Source of the DNA: Octopus vulgaris
Taxonomy: Eukaryota
Assembly: GCA_951406725.2 (NCBI GenBank)
Contig: OX597833.1
Coordinates: 8,680,001 to 8,744,000, forward strand
Direction: 5' to 3'
DNA: 64,000 nt
Shown here piece by piece: positions 13,212-64,000 of this stretch. The stretch's first letter is position 1, and each line of letters begins with the position of its first letter. The position numbers were made by a program, and so were the translations under genes. Under the pieces are notes generated by a model. That model saw only the letters and a program-made list of their open reading frames with translations. It was not told the DNA's origin and did no database searches.

Positions 13212-14714
13212 GACTAGAGTAAGAATAGGCTTACTCTAGCTCCTACCTCTGCTGGCAACTAAGGACCTCTCGCTCAGGGTGAAAGGTAGACTGTATGATG
13301 CATATGTGGAAACTGCCATGCTTCATGGCAGTGAAACATGGGCCGTGAATGCTGAGGACATGCAGAGGCTTGAAAGAAATGAAGCTTGTACGATCCACAG
13401 GATGTGTAATGTCCGGGTATAAGCTTCCTGAGACAAAAGTTGGGTATAAGAAGCATCACTGGTTTTACTTCCACAAGGGTTGTTACCCTCACTGTCAGAT
13501 CACATGAGAATGGTGAAGCTCACACTGACAACCACACACACAGCCAGCTACAAATGTAAAGTCTGTTGTAAGCCTTAGGTCAGCTCTCATAGAAATGACT
13601 TGATTCAAGTCATTCCAGCCATGAACATCTCATCTGCTTTTTAGTTACAATATCTACGATCATATCATCCAATGCTTCCTTCTGTATTTTATGACAGTTC
13701 AGAATAAAATAGATTTGATTGCTCCTTCTAGCAAGTCGTTGATCACATACAGAGCTCGTGGTTTTGATTTTTGTCAAATGCACGCTTCTATATGGAAGGT
13801 CTTCTCCCCTATTTTCGATGAAGCGCTGCATTAATTCGATGCGAAACTTCCTGAATTCATTCGTTTTAAACGTCGGAAAACCGTGACTGAACAGGCACGA
13901 CAGATTTGTCTCCCTTGTCTCCGTACGCCTGTGTGGGAAGGGAGATAAATGTTTTGTTTCTCAGCTATGAATGAATTTAGGACCCCAAAAAAATCCATGA
14001 ATGAACCTCAGTAGATAGCTGGTATTTATTTTATTGAACCTGAGATGATGAAAGGGAAAAAATTTACGTTGGTAAGAGGCATAGCCTAGTTCCAGAGTGG
14101 TAACCCAGGTAGAATGTAATGTGGAGGGACACAGCTGAGATCCTTAGCTGTGTTTCCAATGAATGCCTGCAGATCTACCACATCTTCCGGCACTCTGATG
14201 GCTATTAATTCATGAGTGTTCAGCAACCCCCTCGATGCGTTGAGGTTCCGTACAAGCCACAGGTAAGTTGCTGAGCAAGGCACTCCGGTACGACCCTTCG
14301 CTGTGAGTTGTCGCACAGACACTGGTTCTGATTCCTGCTATTTTTATGACTCAAAGCAGAAATCATTTGTCTAATTTCTGCAACTTCTGTGCTGATGGTC
14401 GATTTCTGCTTTAGTTGAGAAGTATCAGGAGAGGAGGGCATGGTAGGCTTTTGTTCCTGCTGATGTACTTCAGCTGGAATGAGCAATTTTTGTTGTCGAA
14501 GAGCAATAGGGGAGGAAGACACAGGGGGCTTAAGTTTCTGTTTTTGTTGATGTTCTTCAGCATGAATGGCCAATTTTTGTTGCTGCTGTTGAAGAGTGAC
14601 AGGGGAGGAAGACACGGGCGGCTTCAGTTTTTGCTGTTGTTCTTCATCAACAGGACTGGTTTTGGGAGAAAAAGTAGTCGGCTTTTGCTGTTTAGCAGCA
14701 ATGGCAGCGGAAGA

Positions 14715-14872
14715 CTGGGTGCTCTTCCTAAAGTCAACCACTTTACAGAGTGTGCTGGGTGCCTTTTACAGGCCACTGGCATAGGTTCATTTACACAGCC
14801 CAAATGCATTTCACGTGGTACCAACACCCGTAAAGGATAAGCCTATATCTATGGATGACTATTATTTTACTT
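14715..14872 (+). repeat. 158-bp direct repeat, copy 1 (downstream of FANCG)
   Basis: Identical to 18256-18413 except for 3 substitutions. Confidence 0.95.
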
Positions 14873-15161
14873 GTCGGGTTTTGTTGTTGCTGTTCAGCAG
14901 CAATGGTGGCAGGGGACACACAAGTCAGGCACTGAAACGACCAGTTTGGTAGCCGGACCATTTCCCAGAGTTTATCCATCATAGAAGTACGGTGTCCTTT
15001 CTTTTGACCTGGGATCGTCTTTCAACAGAAAAACCATGGTAGATCACAGAAATTTGAGTGAAGCCTTAAGCAATACCTTTCACTCTGCTCCCCAAATCTC
15101 AGCTCATGTTATTTTTAATCTCCACAAAGGATTGGAACAAACAATATTTCCAACCTGGCAT

Positions 15162-17444
15162 CTAAAGTGCTTTGTCTCTTGCTCTAAGAACATTCTCCAA
15201 AATAGCAATGTCCAGTTGTAAAACAACAAACAAAGATGGTTCGTCTGTGTATTTTGATGTTGGTTTCAGGGACTCTTTTTCGTTCTTGAAGCTTCCAAAC
15301 TGAGTTCTTTTCGCTTTTAATAGTTTATGCAAAGCTGTTTTACTACCTTTCATCTCACGATATGCTGTCCACAGGTCAGCTGCACTCTCAAACTGTTTCA
15401 AGCGAATCAGGGTCAAGACACAGTTGAAAGAAAGCAGAAGGTTGTTTGGTGAAATCTGAAGACCCAGGCGGAAGCAATGCACAGCATCTTGGTACCGGTG
15501 CCTGCTCTGAAGTAGGACTGCAGTGTTGTTGTAGACAGCTTGAACAACAGAGAGGAATGGGGTGAGGGCGTCAGTGGCATCACCTAAAAATGGAACGGCT
15601 GAGCTGTTATCTCCTTTTTGACATTTCTCTGAAGTTTGCTGAAGAGGTAAGACTTTACTTAACAGATGAGGATCTTCTTGGACAGTTTGGGTTGCAAGTT
15701 GCAAAGTTTGTAAAGCATTGTCCAGTTGGTCAATATGGGCCAGGGAATCAGCTTTGTACAGTAAAGCAAGTAATGTGGTTGCAAGATGAGATAAAGAATT
15801 GTTAGTGCCATTGCTATGGTCCTGGTCAGGAGAATTACCAAAATTTGTCATAGAACAGTTCCGATCTTTGGAGAACTGGGAACCTCTCAGTAAAAAATAG
15901 TCTTCTTCTTCATCAGACCTATTCAATTGAGAAGACATCATTGAACTGGCGTGAAGATATTCTTTAGAATTGTCACCATTCACACAAGATAACAACCAGT
16001 CGCAAATGATAACACATTCGTCGTATTTTCCGGATTTTAACATACAAAACGCTGCTTCCAGATGGATTTCTGTGATGCTGGGTAAAGGCCAGGATAGCAT
16101 ATATGTCTCAGACTGCTGAAGGAAATGGTTCTCTCTGAAATAACCTAAAAGATCAAGATAATGTTCAGATGCTTCGTCTAAATGGTTCTCTTGGAGACAT
16201 CGTCTGCAAGTAAGATACATGATATAAGGTAGACGTAGGGGTGCCCCGTACATGTCTAAAGACCGACTTAGTTTCAGTTGATTGTCTTCACCCAAATGAA
16301 CGATGTTGTGTTGAATGGAAGTTGTAGAATTTAAAGCAGATATGAGATGCTTCAAAGTGTCCAATTCCGCCTGAACGTGTTTCTGTTGTTGATAGACAAC
16401 GGCAATGTTGTATAAAGGAACAAGAAAAGAAAAGTCGAGTTTTAAAGCTGCTTGAAATCTTTCTACGGAACTCCAACAATTGCCCAATTTGAAATAACAA
16501 CAGGCCTGGAGATTGAGGAATAATACGGACTGTAGGTCAGTGTAGTAGGTCGTGTCTTCCTCCTGGAAAAGTTGCAGGACTGCTTCAAACATATTCTTTG
16601 TATAAAGGGAATGGGCCTTAATATAAGTAACAAGTGGCTTATATGGGTTCTGCGAGAGAGAAACATCAGATCTGGAATTAGTTTCGGTAAGAGGGAGACA
16701 AGAATTGAACGTTTTGAAAACGACAGCCAGTTCTTGTAAGAGAAGGTGAGAATTTTTCAATTTTTCTTCAAAGCCAACAAGAACTGGAGAAGCAAAACAG
16801 ATTTTCCAATCAGATTCATTTATTGATTCCTCTGTTCTAAATCTATGGCAAATATCGACAATCGTTTGTCTGTCTGTGCAAAGAGCAAGACAATAACACA
16901 AGAAAAAGACTGGTTGGAAATAAAACCAAGGAAAATCAGAATTTGACTTACATGGTTTGCTAGTCTTGGATTTCCCGCTTGACATCGCTTCACAAGAACT
17001 GGAATTGTTTTTATAATGAAGAATTCTTTGTAAAGTGGTTTCGAAATGAGATCTTTGAGTTTGCAGAGAAATTCCAGACACGTCGCTGGTGGCAGCCAAT
17101 TGTCGTGTTGCATGGAAGAATAACAAGTTATAGAGAACAACACACTCAAGAATTAACATCTGGCATTGTTTGGCGTCGTCATAAACACAAGAATTGCTGC
17201 GAATTTTCATCAAAAACTTCTCAAAACTTTTCCAAATTTCCGCCGAACTTGCTCCGTGTTCTTCATATTCGTCCCTCACCGCCCGAAACAGAAACACATT
17301 ATTATCTCTCACCCATTCGGAGATATCAAAGGTCTGGAATTGTAATACATCTAATGCTTCTATTGCTTTAATATATTTACCAGAGAGAAATTCTTTAACA
17401 GCCGAATGAATCGCAGACGAAGCGGGAAAGTCGCAGGACGACAT
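15162..17444 (-). CDS. FANCG: Fanconi anemia group G protein homolog (TPR scaffold), uninterrupted 760-aa ORF
   Basis: The C-terminal half matches vertebrate FANCG motifs in order: YQQ..AEL..L..L..AL, RCLQ.....A.EHYLDLL, P...E..LEAA...CD.LLS and F.L..Q..P.N....F....TL.RL....A..LW. The 5' end is CpG-retaining. Identified from remembered motifs. Confidence 0.85.
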   Translation of the reverse strand: MSSCDFPASSAIHSAVKEFLSGKYIKAIEALDVLQFQTFDISEWVRDNNVFLFRAVRDEYEEHGASSAEIWKSFEKFLMKIRSNSCVYDDAKQCQMLILECVVLYNLLFFHATRQLAATSDVSGISLQTQRSHFETTLQRILHYKNNSSSCEAMSSGKSKTSKPCKSNSDFPWFYFQPVFFLCYCLALCTDRQTIVDICHRFRTEESINESDWKICFASPVLVGFEEKLKNSHLLLQELAVVFKTFNSCLPLTETNSRSDVSLSQNPYKPLVTYIKAHSLYTKNMFEAVLQLFQEEDTTYYTDLQSVLFLNLQACCYFKLGNCWSSVERFQAALKLDFSFLVPLYNIAVVYQQQKHVQAELDTLKHLISALNSTTSIQHNIVHLGEDNQLKLSRSLDMYGAPLRLPYIMYLTCRRCLQENHLDEASEHYLDLLGYFRENHFLQQSETYMLSWPLPSITEIHLEAAFCMLKSGKYDECVIICDWLLSCVNGDNSKEYLHASSMMSSQLNRSDEEEDYFLLRGSQFSKDRNCSMTNFGNSPDQDHSNGTNNSLSHLATTLLALLYKADSLAHIDQLDNALQTLQLATQTVQEDPHLLSKVLPLQQTSEKCQKGDNSSAVPFLGDATDALTPFLSVVQAVYNNTAVLLQSRHRYQDAVHCFRLGLQISPNNLLLSFNCVLTLIRLKQFESAADLWTAYREMKGSKTALHKLLKAKRTQFGSFKNEKESLKPTSKYTDEPSLFVVLQLDIAILENVLRARDKAL

Positions 17445-17520
17445 GTTTTAGCGGGAAGGAGAGTTACTTCCCTTATATCGTAATCGCAGTTAATGTGCGC
17501 GCGCGTGTGCGTGTGTGTCT
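17445..17520 (-). promoter_or_regulatory. Putative FANCG promoter/5'UTR
   Basis: CpG-rich stretch (including gcgcgcgcg) directly upstream of the ATG; contains GAGTTACTTCCCTT. Confidence 0.5.
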
Positions 17521-17574
17521 GTGTGTGTGAGTGTGTGTATGTATTATGTCGATAAATCTAAAAAGGTTTTAAAA

Positions 17575-17835
17575 TAATAATAATAATGAAATTATTGTAT
17601 ACAGTGCTCAGGTGCACCACAACTTATCTGAAAGTGCATATAAAGTACATGCAGTAATGTAGAAATGTCTGGAAAGCGAACAATGTATGAGTCAGATACA
17701 TGCTTGTGTGTGTATGGAGGGGAGAAAATCAGGTGTAGTGTTGGCGAATCTCAGGAAGCATGGAAGTTTTGAAGGATGCAGTGCTCCGACAACTAACAAC
17801 TGATGCCAGCAGTTTGTTCCATGCTTCAGCAACTC
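17575..17835 (-). mobile_element. CR1/L2-type LINE 3' end
   Basis: Reverse-complement match to 21240-21590, with an (ATT)n tail. Confidence 0.75.
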
Positions 17836-17839
17836 TCCA

Positions 17840-18090
17840 TCTACTTTTCCATGTTTTCCTGAGTCAGACGAGCCTGCTCTGGTACAGCTTCCTCCAGCCA
17901 ATTTCTACTCTTCTCCTCTGGAAGCCATCTACTCGCAATACCAGAGGGCGCACACTCTCCTACCCTGATGTAATCTCCAGGGATACAGGCATCCAGCACC
18001 AGGACCTCCGTAATGCCATGATGGACCATGAAGTCTGGCGTAGCATGGAAAATTCCATTGTCTCGACCACGGTCGAACAATGATGATGAT
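17840..18090 (+). mobile_element. RTE-like LINE 3' end
   Basis: LLLWKPSTRNTRGRTLSYPDVISRDTG...AMMDHEVWRSM followed by an (ATG)n tail; same family as 54330-54690. Confidence 0.75.
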
Positions 18091-18139
18091 CCTCCAGCCA
18101 TAAACCTCACCTGAATACATACACATACACACACTCGTA

Positions 18140-20640
18140 AGCATCATCATCGTCGTCGTCATCATTTCAAGTCCATTTTCCCTGCTGGCATAGGTCGGAC
18201 AGTTTGAAAGGAGCTGTCCAGATTCCCATTGTCTCTTGGGACATGGTTTCTCCGTCTGGGTGCTCTTCCTAAAGTCAACCACTTTACAGAGTGTGCTGGG
18301 TGCCTTTTACAGGCCACTGGCATAGGTTCATTTACACAGCCCAAATGCATTTCACGTGGTACCAACACCTGTAAAGGATAAGCCTATATCTATGGACGAC
18401 CATTATTTTACTTAGCTTGATAGGTCTTTTCATGTACAGCAAATTGCCGCAGCTCCTGGCCCCTTCTCATTTCCTCAGCATCAAATCTTTTCTCACCACT
18501 TCATCCCATTTCATCCTCGGTCTATCCCTTCCTCAGGTTCCCTCCACAATTAGAGCTCAGCACTTCTTTGCACAGCTGTCCTCATTCACACTCACCACAT
18601 CACCAAACCAGCACAGTCTTCTCTCTGGCAAACAACATCAGATGCCTCTTGTATCCAGTTTCCCTCTTAAGTCCTTTACACTCTCTCATGTATGCACACT
18701 GACATTACCCATCCAGCGGAGCGTGCTAGGTTCATTTCTTTCAAGCCTTCACATGCCCTCCATAGTCAGAGCCCATTCTTATCCTGGTAGCTACGCTTTC
18801 AGAACTTCCTCTACCACTGCTAATTTGGTCACCAAAGTAACAGAAGCTATCTACTACTTCTCATGATTTCCACAAGCATTTGAGGGAGTCTATTTTCTGT
18901 GCATTTTTAGTACAATTTTCCACACACAAACACTTGCAAAGAAAGAGGCTTGGAAATGCCACAATGAAAGTCTGTTAAATGTGGAGAATGAACGGGAGAA
19001 GAAAAGTCTGCTAAATGTAGACCCTTTTCTCTGTTAACCTTCCTGTGATACCACTAGACATTTTATGTGTCCAAAGCTTGCACTGGATATAATGTATGGA
19101 GTTTCTACCAACACCCTTCTTACATACTGAATCGGTCCATCTTCCTTCCTGAAAAGACTTGGTGATTTGTCCGTTTTCATAGTTGCTAAGACTTTGGTTT
19201 TTGCAAAATTAAACTCTGAAACCCTTTGATTTCAGACCTTGCTTCCACACCTGAAATTTCTTCTCTAAGTCAGGTAGTGATTCAGCTATAAGAACAAATT
19301 ATCAGCCTCTAGGCTCCTAGGGGCAGCCTGTATTGAATTCTTATGTTATGGCCTGGAGGACTATGATAAACAAGAGGAGGCTGAGAACTGATCCTTGATG
19401 AACTTCTGCCTGTACACTGAATTCATTGCTTCACCTCACTGGCAGCATCCCTGTACATGGCTTGAACCACTCTCACTAACCACTCATCTGTCTCTAGATA
19501 CAGGTGTGGGGGAGCCTGTCAAAGGCTTTCTCCATGGCAACAAAAGCCAAGTACAAAGGTTTATTTTTGGCTAAATGCTTCTCCTGGCACAAAACCAAAC
19601 TGCATCTCATCTAGGCTAATTTCCTTTCCAATTAGTTCAGCTACAACCCCCTCTATAACTTTCATTACTTGGTCTGTAATTATTTCTGACTAAGGCATCA
19701 CCTTTATCTTTGTAGCAGTTGACTATGGTGCTGCAACACCAGTCATTGGGTGTGACTCCCTCAAGGACAACCGGATTAACTATACAGGAGACCAGACCAT
19801 GTCCCACCCTACCAGATATTTTAAGCATCTCAGCAGGGATTCTTTGTGGGCCGGGGATTTCCTTGTTTTCATATCCTTAATTGCTTTATCTACCAAGCTT
19901 CTATTGACTCAGGTAGCTGATAGGTCGACATTTGACAGACTCTTCTTCTCCCATTAATTCTCCACATTTAACAGCCTTTCATTGTGGCATCTTCAAGCTG
20001 CTTTCTTTTTGTGAAATTATTAAATGCAAGTGAACCATTATCTGTGCAGACACCCTTCTCTCCTATGGCATCACGATTTTCTCTCACACACAGTCTTGCA
20101 ATATGAAACACTTCCAGTCTCTGGTCCTCACACTGCAAAACATCAGTAAACTTCTTCTTTTCTGCTTCTCCTCTGGCTAAACATACCTGTCTCCTAGCCT
20201 CCCTTCTGGCTATCTGGTACAGTTCCCTGATACCATCACCCTTCCAGGCCTATTTCTTCTCTCTCTCTCTCTAATTGCGCTGTCAACTACACTAATCTAC
20301 CCCCATGTCACCTTAGGTCAAGAAGGAACTTTACACTAACCACAAATTTGGTCAGTGGCCCTCAACAAGTTGTCCTTTAGGAACCCCCAATTGTCCTTCG
20401 CGTTATGTTGCTAGACCTTCCTCTTTTTCTCAAATGCTTCAAGTTACATGTCCCTAAATCTCTGACCATTGAGAGGATCCTTAAGCTTCCAGACCTGTCT
20501 TTTCCACACTGGTTGTCTTCTTGGCAGCTTCCTAGCCCTAATTCTGAAATTGTTAATGACTAACCTATGTTGAGGGGTGCATTAATCACTTGGGGAAGTT
20601 TTGGCATTTATAAGCAACCATCTTTCACAAAGAGAAGGCT
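18140..20640 (-). mobile_element. Degenerate RTE-clade LINE (RT remnants, 3' region and ATG-repeat tail)
   Basis: ORF pieces such as MLKISG...TPNDWCCSTIVNCYKDKGDALVRNNYR; many stops and internal deletions. Confidence 0.8.
18256..18413 (+). repeat. 158-bp direct repeat, copy 2 (inside the 3' region of an RTE-type LINE, upstream of FANCG)
   Basis: Matches 14715-14872; here it is embedded in continuous LINE sequence. Confidence 0.95.
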
Positions 20641-21239
20641 ACTGTCGCTTGTTGATGAGGTCGTCTGCAAAAGGGTGTCATTAGATCAGTCTTTCTATTC
20701 ACCAGGTCGTCCCAGTTGAGGAGGAGCAAAGGCTGAAACAATAGTTGCTGTTTCTCTTTGTAAATAGGTTTCAACCTGTATTTCCTTCACACTTGCCCCA
20801 TTTATCAAGAAACAGACTGCTAGATAGGGGTGGGGCAGATCATTCTGTATAGATTTCTGGTAGAGGTTCTGAGAGAAAGACTTCCAGTATGGGTGGTGGT
20901 GGAGGGGGGCTGGTGGGCAAATGCAAACAACCAAAGACACGAGGCTGTATAAAATACCCAAACAAAACGAAAAGGTGGAAAAAAGCACATTTTCAATAAG
21001 ATTGCTTAATGTAACCACAGTTTAACATAGAGCAAGGAAATAAGCCAGGCTTCAGACATAATACAGGCAAGATGAAATGGCAGAGGATTCAAGCTGGGAA
21101 AGAGAAGCTAATTTACATGAATAATCATTAAGCTTTTTATTGTAATTTATATTTAAGTATTCATTTCTCTCAATTAACAAAGATTAACATCAACTAATTA
21201 GACCTAATTATGACAGAAGACAATTATGTGCACTAGTTT

Positions 21240-21592
21240 CTGACATCCTTTTCAAACTCCACCCATCTAATACCCGTGGACATGTTTACAAAGTCAGAAA
21301 ACAGCACAGCTCCCATGACTTTTGGAAACATTTTTTCACGCTGAGAGTTGCTGAAGCATGGAACAAACTGCCAGCATTAGTTGTTAGTTGTCGGAGTACT
21401 GCATCCTTGAAAACTTCCATGCTTTCTGAGATTCACCAACACTACACTTGATTTTCTCCCCTCCATACACACGCAAGCATGTATCTGACTCATACATTGT
21501 TCACTTCCCAGACATTTGTACATTACTGCATATACTCTGACAAGTTGTGGTGCACCTGAGCACCGTATACAATGATTTCATTATTATTATTA
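21240..21592 (+). mobile_element. CR1/L2-type LINE 3' end
   Basis: Encodes TRGHVYKVRKQHSSHDFWKHFFTLRVAEAWNKLPALVV (TRGH...FF..RV...WN.LP motif); (ATT)n tail. Confidence 0.8.
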
Positions 21593-22889
21593 TATATTCT
21601 GATTGGGGCTGGCACAGATGGGTGATTGAGAAGTTCACTTCCTACTCACATGGTTCCATGTTCAATCCCACTGCATGGCACTCTGATCACTGTAATGCAA
21701 TGGCCATTCATGCTGGGTTACACATTTGCAATTTTCCACTAAAAACATGTTCAGCTTTTATGTAGTGCATGTTTGAGGGACTAGAAAATACACCCCACCC
21801 CCCATTTGGAAGGAGATAAAGGTTGATGACAGCAAGGGCATTTGTCCGTACAAGATCCGCCTCAAGGAATTTCAGCTCAACCACAATTACATTTAATAAC
21901 ACTTGTCCTCGTCCCCACTCACTTCACGGAATTACTATAAGCCCCTCGATGACATCCTTGCCAAGTTCTGTTATTATTGTCTGTTACCAAGAACCAAACA
22001 AGTCTTTTACGTGATCCCAGAGCTTTGAGTTACCTCATATCAAAAGGATATATATAAAGGAAGGAGTGGGTAGGAAGCATGGCGCATGAAGTGGAAATGC
22101 GGGGAAGGGATGTAGAGGATAAAAGAATAAGACATTGGTTGCTAATGTTGCGAAGAGAAATCCCTACCACTGGGATTGGAAATCAGGCCATCATGTTTAT
22201 AACCAGGAGCTCACTTTCTTGTTTACTTTTTATGTTAAAGCGGGACCCTCTAAATGGTCAGTTACTAGAAATAGCAGCCTAAATTAATTCAAATCATAAC
22301 CCAACACTCTAAATAGGAAAGATCTATTGTACTAGATGGGGCGGTCACGGCTGGGAAGGATTTATTATATAATGTAGTCCTGTCTTGAAGAGATGGGATG
22401 GCCACGGAAGGAATACCTCATCTACCCAACGAGACTTGACCGAGATCTGCACAACTTCTCTTGACATATGGAGAGAATGATCTGAAAGTTAATAGAAAAA
22501 ATGATGCGAAGTTGTTACATCTGGGAATGAAAGTTTGGCTGTGAGTTTATTTGAAACGATTTAGTTTGAATCTCTCGGACACCATCTGGGGCTGGAATGA
22601 AAGATTCCTCGTGAACATGTCATAAGTCTGGATACAAAGGGTCCAGTAGAAGAATGGGGCCCGTGGGGTCAGAGGGTAACCCATCTCTCTGCCCCATCTC
22701 ATGTTTCTATTTTGTCCTTGTATCTCATTCGATTTTGTTATATTTTGTAAAATTTTAAAAGTCAATTAATCATTGTGTGTCTGACCCCAATCAGGCTGTA
22801 TTGTCCCCCTTCTATGTTTGGGCCCTTGTGGCTAATAAAGAAACAGGATTAATAATTATCATTGTTGGTGGTGGTGGTGGAGTGTGTGT

Positions 22890-23400
22890 GTGTGAGAGAG
22901 AGAGAGAGGGGGGGAACGCCGTCTTCGAACATAGTAACTGACATGTGTGTGTATGTGTGTGTGGAAATATTGTGAGAGAGAGAGAGGGGCAAAAGAAAGT
23001 ATGAACAGAGGCAGTGGGGGAGGGGAAGAGAAAAAGTTAGATATGGATGAGTAAAAGGAGGAGAGAAAGAGTGAATGTAAAGGCAAAGAAATACAGAGCG
23101 AGAGAGGAAGGAGAAGATATAAAGGGAGAGAGAGAGGGTGTAAGGTAAAGTGAGAGGAGAAAATGGAATGATAGATTGAGAATAAAGAGTGAGGAATATT
23201 ATTAGAGAGAGAGAGAGAGAGAAGTGGATAACGGCGAGGGAGGAGCAGCGGAGGAAAGAGAAGTGAAAAAATAGGAGAGAAAGAAAAAGAAATAGAGTGA
23301 AAAAAGAAGAGGATAAAGGAATTATTAGTGAAGAGAGAAACAGAAAACGAGGAAATATATCTAGAGAGAAAAGTGTGTAAATAGGAGAAATAGCAGTGGG
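22890..23400. repeat. GA-rich low-complexity tract upstream of NSMAF
   Basis: Purine-dominated sequence with (GA)n runs. Confidence 0.85.
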
Positions 23401-23512
23401 AGTGAGAAAGTGGCAGCAAGGAACGGTCCCCGTGATATCCGGTTCCCTGCCCTTGTCTTGCATGGTATGGTAGCCTGTCCTACAGCTCGCAACTACACGA
23501 CAGGCAGAAAAG
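23400..23512 (+). promoter_or_regulatory. Putative NSMAF promoter/5'UTR (CpG-retaining island)
   Basis: Local CpG enrichment against a CpG-poor background immediately upstream of the ATG, preceded by a long GA-rich tract. Confidence 0.55.

Positions 23513-64000
<40,488 letters not shown>

Larger units (their letters stand above)
100..15020 (-). pseudogene. Putative decayed multi-exon gene (or spliced non-coding RNA) of unknown identity
   Basis: Series of unique-sequence islands, mostly bounded by AG/GT on the minus strand (e.g. 12083-12254, 11759-11865, 9472-9528, 8293-8332, ~7690-7847, 5316-5400, ~4240-4533, ~2755-2888, 550-657). Translations look protein-like but contain in-frame stops. 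No family recognised. Confidence 0.35.

Noticed and set aside
15162-17444. CNOT10 as the identity of the TPR protein
   Set aside because: Only vague N-terminal resemblance. It lacks the CNOT10 W.RLAECC motif, while multiple ordered FANCG motifs are present.

Overview
Eukaryotic, repeat-rich genomic DNA, most likely from an octopus (coleoid cephalopod); this assignment is inferred from its SINE families, RTE/CR1 LINE debris and very dense microsatellites. Two protein-coding genes are recognisable, arranged head-to-head about 6 kb apart. One is an uninterrupted 760-aa TPR protein on the minus strand (15162-17444) that matches FANCG motifs. The other is the 5' part of NSMAF/FAN (GRAM, PH-like and BEACH domains) on the plus strand, for which 18 phase-consistent GT-AG exons can be assembled by hand (ATG at 23513, running off the window end). 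Downstream of FANCG on the same strand is a chain of exon-like islands with splice signals but stops and frameshifts, possibly a decayed multi-exon gene. The most notable non-coding structures are a 98%-identical 158-bp direct repeat on both sides of FANCG, a Penelope-type fold-back carrying two minimal hammerhead-ribozyme motifs within a cluster of long hairpins just upstream of NSMAF exon 9, a GIY-YIG Penelope remnant between inverted repeats, and 34-bp and 37-bp minisatellites. No CRISPR array, rRNA or genuine tRNA gene was seen. Most ORFs in the supplied track are microsatellite or transposon artefacts. Protein identifications rest on remembered motifs, not on database searches.
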